Part shown: positions 59,846 to 64,000 of the stretch, piece by piece
How positions within the stretch are numbered: the stretch's first letter is position 1
How the letters are laid out: each line of letters opens with the position of its first letter
Assembly: GCA_963778655.1 (NCBI GenBank)
Contig: CAVZVA010000010.1
Span: forward strand, 928,001-992,000
Direction: 5' to 3'
Length of the DNA stretch: 64,000 nt
Source of the DNA: an uncultured delta proteobacterium
Lineage (GTDB): Bacteria > Myxococcota_A > Polyangia > Polyangiales > JAFGIB01
The notes under the pieces: generated by a model
What the model saw: only the letters and a program-made list of their open reading frames with translations
Databases searched by the model: none
What the model was told of the DNA's origin: nothing
Position numbers and translations under genes: made by a program

Positions 59846-61684
59846 ATGGTCGAGCTGGAGCCACAGCCGCGCGACCCACTCATCGGCAGCAGTATCGACG
59901 GTCGCTACAGCATTCACGAGCTGCTCGGGCGTGGCGGCATGGGCGTGGTCTACGCTGGCGTGCACGACCACCTGCAGCGGCCGGTCGCGATCAAGGTGCT
60001 CAACGCGGCCTGGGCCTCGGACCCGGTCGCGGTCGAGCGCTTCCTGCGCGAGGCGCGCACCGCCAGCTCGCTCTCGCATGGCAACATCGTCGACGTGACC
60101 GACCTCGGCCGCCTGCCCGACGGCCGGCCCTACTTGGTGATGCCCAAGGTCGACGGCACCGACCTGGCCTCATTGTACGCGCAGGCCGGGCCGCAGCCGC
60201 CCAAGCGTGTGGCCGAGCTGCTCGGCGGCGTCGCCTCCGCGCTCGACCTGATCCACGCCAAGGGCCTGGTGCACCGCGACATCAAGCCCGAGAACCTGAT
60301 GTACGTGGTGCGCGAGGACGGCTCGGAGACCGTGATGCTGCTCGACTTCGGGATCGCGGCGCTGGTGATGTCGAACCAGCCACGGCTCACCCGGCAGGGC
60401 GCGATCTTCGGCACGCCCGAGTATCTGCCACCCGAGGTGTGCGACGGGCGGCTGCCCGATCGGCGCGGCGATGTGTACGCGCTGGCCACGGTCGCGTTCG
60501 AGCTGATCACCGGCAAGCTGCCGTTCAACGCCGACAACCCGTTTCAGATCCTGCCTCAGAAGCTGGCGCGTGACGCGCCCACGCTGGCGCGCGCGAGCGG
60601 CGTGCAGTTTCCCGCCGAGCTCGAGACCGTGATCGCGCGCGGCCTGGCGCGCGAGCCCGAGGATCGCTACGGCACCGCCAGCGAGCTGATCGGCGCGCTG
60701 CGCACGGCGACCGCGAGCGTGCCGGTGTCGTGGCGTCCGGGGGTGATGCGCGTGAGTCGCCCGGACGGGCTGGCGTCCGAGCCCGCCACCACGCTCGAGC
60801 GCATGGACACCACCGATGTGCCGTCTTCCGCGCGTCAGCCGGCGGATTCGGGGTCGCTGCCCGCAGGCTCGCACACGCTCGAGGAGGCGATCGTGCCGAG
60901 CAGCGTGCCCGAGCAGCTCGGGGAGCACGTCGCCAGCGAGCAACCCGCGGCCGCTGTGCCGAGCCCGACCGCCGAGCTCGTCGCGGCCGGCATTCCGAGC
61001 TCGAAGCTGCCGCGCCGTCTCGGCTACGGTGTGGCCGGCGCGCTCTTGCTCGCCTCCGCGCTGGCCTGGGCCATGCACCGCAGCGCGCCCGAGCCCGTGG
61101 TGGTGCCCGCGGCCCCGGCCGCGCCCGCCCCGGTCGTGACGGTGCCCGAGGCGCCGGCGCCTTCGCCGGAGCCCGTCCCGGCTACCGAGCCCGCGCCGCC
61201 GGCCGCGGCGCCTGTGGCGAGGCCTGCATCCAAACCTGTGCCCAAGCCCGCGCCCAAACCCGCACGGCCGAGTGTGCGCGCCGAGTCCCCGCGGCCCGCG
61301 CATGCTCCGGCGCCGGTCAAGGCGAGCGCGCGTCCCCCCGCAGCCGAGCCGCGGCCGGTGGTCAAGCCCTCGCCCGAGGCGCCGCGACCGGCGCCCGCGC
61401 CGCCTGCCGCGCCCGCGCGCGATCTCGCGCTGGCCGCGCAGCTCACGCGCGAAGGCACCAGCGACTTGCTCGCGGGCCGCCTGGCCCACGCCAGCACGTT
61501 GCTGCGCAAGGCCACGCAAGCCGACCCCGGCTACGCGGCCGCCTGGCGCAGCCTCGGCCTGGTGCTCGAACGCCAGCACCAGGCCAAGCAGGCCGTCGCC
61601 GCCTATCGCCAGTCCCTGCGGCTCGAGCCACAGGGACTGCAGGCCGATAAGGTCCGCGAGCGCATCGCCGATCTGCAGAAGTGA
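59846..61684 (+). CDS. Ser/Thr protein kinase with TM, Pro-rich linker and C-terminal TPR
   Basis: GRGGMG, VAIK, HRDIKPEN, DFG, GTPEYLPPE; AAWRSLG..A..AY..SL.L.P. Confidence 0.94.
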   Translation: MVELEPQPRDPLIGSSIDGRYSIHELLGRGGMGVVYAGVHDHLQRPVAIKVLNAAWASDPVAVERFLREARTASSLSHGNIVDVTDLGRLPDGRPYLVMPKVDGTDLASLYAQAGPQPPKRVAELLGGVASALDLIHAKGLVHRDIKPENLMYVVREDGSETVMLLDFGIAALVMSNQPRLTRQGAIFGTPEYLPPEVCDGRLPDRRGDVYALATVAFELITGKLPFNADNPFQILPQKLARDAPTLARASGVQFPAELETVIARGLAREPEDRYGTASELIGALRTATASVPVSWRPGVMRVSRPDGLASEPATTLERMDTTDVPSSARQPADSGSLPAGSHTLEEAIVPSSVPEQLGEHVASEQPAAAVPSPTAELVAAGIPSSKLPRRLGYGVAGALLLASALAWAMHRSAPEPVVVPAAPAAPAPVVTVPEAPAPSPEPVPATEPAPPAAAPVARPASKPVPKPAPKPARPSVRAESPRPAHAPAPVKASARPPAAEPRPVVKPSPEAPRPAPAPPAAPARDLALAAQLTREGTSDLLAGRLAHASTLLRKATQADPGYAAAWRSLGLVLERQHQAKQAVAAYRQSLRLEPQGLQADKVRERIADLQK

Positions 61685-61790
61685 GCGTCGACCGAGCCGC
61701 GGACCACGCCGGCTGCCGTCCTGATCCTGGGCTCTTGCGTTTGGCCGAGCAGGATGGGAAGCCGTTCACGGGCTGGCTGGGGAGGACGCG

Positions 61791-62306
61791 ATGCACATCA
61801 ACAAACAGCGACTGATCTTCGGACTCTATCTGCTCGTTCCGATCGCCGCGGCTGAGATGGTCTCGCTGCACTTCAAGCTTCCGGCCTGGCCCGCGTTCCT
61901 CGCCATGATCTTCTTCTTCTTGGGGGAGATGGACGTCAAGAAGGTGCCGGAGATCCTGATCGGGGGCTTCTTCGGCATCGCCTTCATCCTGCTGGCCGCG
62001 CCGATCATCGGTGCGCTGGCGCCCTCGATGGGCCTGGAGCTCGCCACCACCGTGTTCGTGCTGATCCTGGTGTTCGCGATCATCGTGCTCGGCGAGGCGC
62101 TACCCAAGGTGTTCAACAACTACGCGTTCACCTACCTGACGGTGACCGGCGTCGCCGTGAAGGTGACCGAGACCAAGCCCAATCCCTTCCTGTGGATGGC
62201 GATCGGCGTGGTCGGCGGCGCGCTGCTGATCGCGAGCGTGATCGGCATTGGCAAGCTGATGCAGCTGCAAGCGGGCGCCAAGCAGGCCTCGGCGCCCGGC
62301 ACCTGA
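61791..62306 (+). CDS. small integral membrane protein (DUF1097-like)
   Basis: GGAGG RBS; five to six hydrophobic segments; P.WPAF motif. Confidence 0.75.
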   Translation: MHINKQRLIFGLYLLVPIAAAEMVSLHFKLPAWPAFLAMIFFFLGEMDVKKVPEILIGGFFGIAFILLAAPIIGALAPSMGLELATTVFVLILVFAIIVLGEALPKVFNNYAFTYLTVTGVAVKVTETKPNPFLWMAIGVVGGALLIASVIGIGKLMQLQAGAKQASAPGT

Positions 62307-62438
62307 CCCGCGCCGCGCGCGACCCTGTGCTGCACGCGCGTATCACGCGAGCGCACGCTCGCAAGCTCACGCCAAAAGAGCCGCGGGAGCTGTCGGGAAG
62401 CTTGGCGAGCGACGCCGCATGCCGCGGGAGCTGTGCGG

Positions 62439-62699
62439 CTAGCGGCCGAGCGCCGCTCGCGGCGCGGCGTGAGCGTTGCGCTTGGCCGCCGGCCTGCGCG
62501 CGAGCTCGCGCTCGGTCTGCGCGGCGAGCCGCAGCTCGAGCTCGCGGCGGGCGGCAAACCAGTCCTCGACGCCGTCCGACAGCGGGCATCCGCGGCTCAA
62601 CCAGCGCTGGTAGGCGCGCGAGGCGATCTGCTGCTCGTCGAGGGTGACGGCGCTGCGGGAGCGCGCGACGTCCGTTGCCTGCTTCTTCTTCTGGGTCAT
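62439..62699 (-). CDS. DUF2934-domain protein
   Basis: I..RAY..W..RG.P....EDWF.A..EL motif; AGGAG RBS before ATG 62699. Confidence 0.85.
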   Translation of the reverse strand: MTQKKKQATDVARSRSAVTLDEQQIASRAYQRWLSRGCPLSDGVEDWFAARRELELRLAAQTERELARRPAAKRNAHAAPRAALGR

Positions 62700-62842
62700 G
62701 ACGTTCTCCTGGGTGAGGTGGCCCCGATTGTGATCTCGCCGGTCCTCCCCACCAAATTCTCGTCGTTTCCGGCGGATGGCCTGGCGTGCCCAGACGCTTG
62801 CACGAGCCCGGAGCGGCGATCGGACCGGCGTTCTACCGGCGC

Positions 62843-64000
62843 TCACGGCCGCAGCGCGGTGCGCGCGACCCAGTCGGCGTTGGTCTCGAGCGCGAAGGGC
62901 TTGGTCGACGCTGGATCGATCCAGTTGGGCTCGAGCGTCTCGGCGCTGTCGGCGCAGGTGAGCTTGTCGAACCAGCAGTGATCGGCCGAGCTGAGCTGGC
63001 AGTCGGCGCGCTGCACGATGATCCAGCCGCTGCCGTCGTCGCGCAGGCACTGTTTGCGTCCGTCGTCGGGACACTCGGCGTCGCTGAAGCCCGCGGTCGT
63101 GTTCAGCGAGGAGACCACCGCGTTGCCGGTGTCGCCCTCGCCGTTGACCACGCGCAGGCGCGTGGGCGAGAGCGTCGCGCGCGCGTCGCCGCCGTAACCC
63201 GTGGTCCACACCGCGCGCACGCGTGGCTCCGCGCGCGCGGCCAGGTGCGCGACCAGCGCGCCCTGGCTGTGGCCCCAGGTCGCGATGCCGAGGTCGCAGT
63301 CCACCTGCGGCAGCGCGCACGCGACCGCGAGCAGGCTGCTAGCGTGGTTCGGCCCGAACATACAGGCGAGCTGGTTCTCGTGATCGCTGAGCCAGGCCAG
63401 CGCCGAGTTGTCGTACTGCGCGGACAGCGCCACGAAACCGCGCCGCGCCATCGCCTCGGTCACCTTCTGCGCCGCCTGGCTGTCGTAGCTGGCGCTGGTG
63501 TCGGGCGAGACGAACGCGGTGCCCACGAAGTAGAGGAACAACGGATGGCGTGCGCCCGCGGGATCCACCGGCTCGAAGCCGGCGCTTGGATACGACTGCG
63601 TGCAATCGGCGCCATCGTCGACGCTGCCCAGATACGAGGGCGCGGCCGCGAGCTCGCGCGTCTCGAAGCGCGCGGCGCTGCTGAGCGTGCCCGCGTCGCC
63701 GGCCCCCGCGTCGCCTGCGTCGTGCGCCGCGCCGCCATCCAGCGCGGCCTCGCCGCCGCCCGCGCCACCGGCGTCCGTGCCCGATCCGGGTGCCTGCACC
63801 CGTGCGTCCGGCCGCTCGCCGCCCGCGTCGGCTGCGGGATTGGAGCCTGTGCCGGCTGCGGCGCCGTCCGTGCCCGCGGCCGCGGCGGGGGTACCTGCGT
63901 CCGCGCGCGGCGCCGGCGTGTGCGCCGGCGTCGAGCAGGCGAGCAGGCAACCGAGCGTTGCGCCGGCGCCCGCGCGCGCCAGCGCCGAAGGCCGCCTGCC
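62843..64000 (-). CDS. lipoprotein with alpha/beta-hydrolase-like domain (start lies beyond the window)
   Basis: Open to the window edge; lipobox LLAC near 63935; GHSQG nucleophile motif. Confidence 0.8.
   Translation of the reverse strand, partial: GRRPSALARAGAGATLGCLLACSTPAHTPAPRADAGTPAAAAGTDGAAAGTGSNPAADAGGERPDARVQAPGSGTDAGGAGGGEAALDGGAAHDAGDAGAGDAGTLSSAARFETRELAAAPSYLGSVDDGADCTQSYPSAGFEPVDPAGARHPLFLYFVGTAFVSPDTSASYDSQAAQKVTEAMARRGFVALSAQYDNSALAWLSDHENQLACMFGPNHASSLLAVACALPQVDCDLGIATWGHSQGALVAHLAARAEPRVRAVWTTGYGGDARATLSPTRLRVVNGEGDTGNAVVSSLNTTAGFSDAECPDDGRKQCLRDDGSGWIIVQRADCQLSSADHCWFDKLTCADSAETLEPNWIDPASTKPFALETNADWVARTALRP

Noticed and set aside
1..64000. tRNA/rRNA genes, prophage genes, reverse transcriptase or Cas/TnpB nucleases
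   Set aside because: None recognised by eye; a covariance-model and HMM scan would be needed to exclude them fully

Overview
GC-rich bacterial DNA, most likely Myxococcota (Polyangiales-like). This is inferred from the Gly/Cys-rich secreted proteins, Hanks-type kinases and a TonB-fused receptor. The window has two parts. (1) About 1-15,100 is an accessory mosaic. It carries a five-gene operon of four divergent secreted 4-Cys paralogues plus a membrane-anchored partner, a DUF4185 secreted hydrolase, a neprosin-like remnant, a TlpA thioredoxin, an AAA ATPase and a DarT/DarG toxin-antitoxin pair whose darT has a +1 frameshift. These are interleaved with five truncated copies of two RAYT/Y1-like transposases with conserved hairpin-rich 3' tails, remnants of IS66 and an rve integrase, and clusters of short REP-like repeats. 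(2) About 15,150-64,000 is mostly core and lifestyle genes: ruvB/ruvA/ruvC/yebC, a GT2, gltX, lipid-catabolic enzymes, an M16 peptidase pair, hemG, hslO, fadD, pckG, lgt, ychF, kinases and many secreted repeat proteins. No rRNA, tRNA or CRISPR array was recognised. The best candidates for something new are the paralogue operon (1281-3631) and the transposase-plus-structured-tail elements. All family assignments come from reading motifs by eye; no searches were run.
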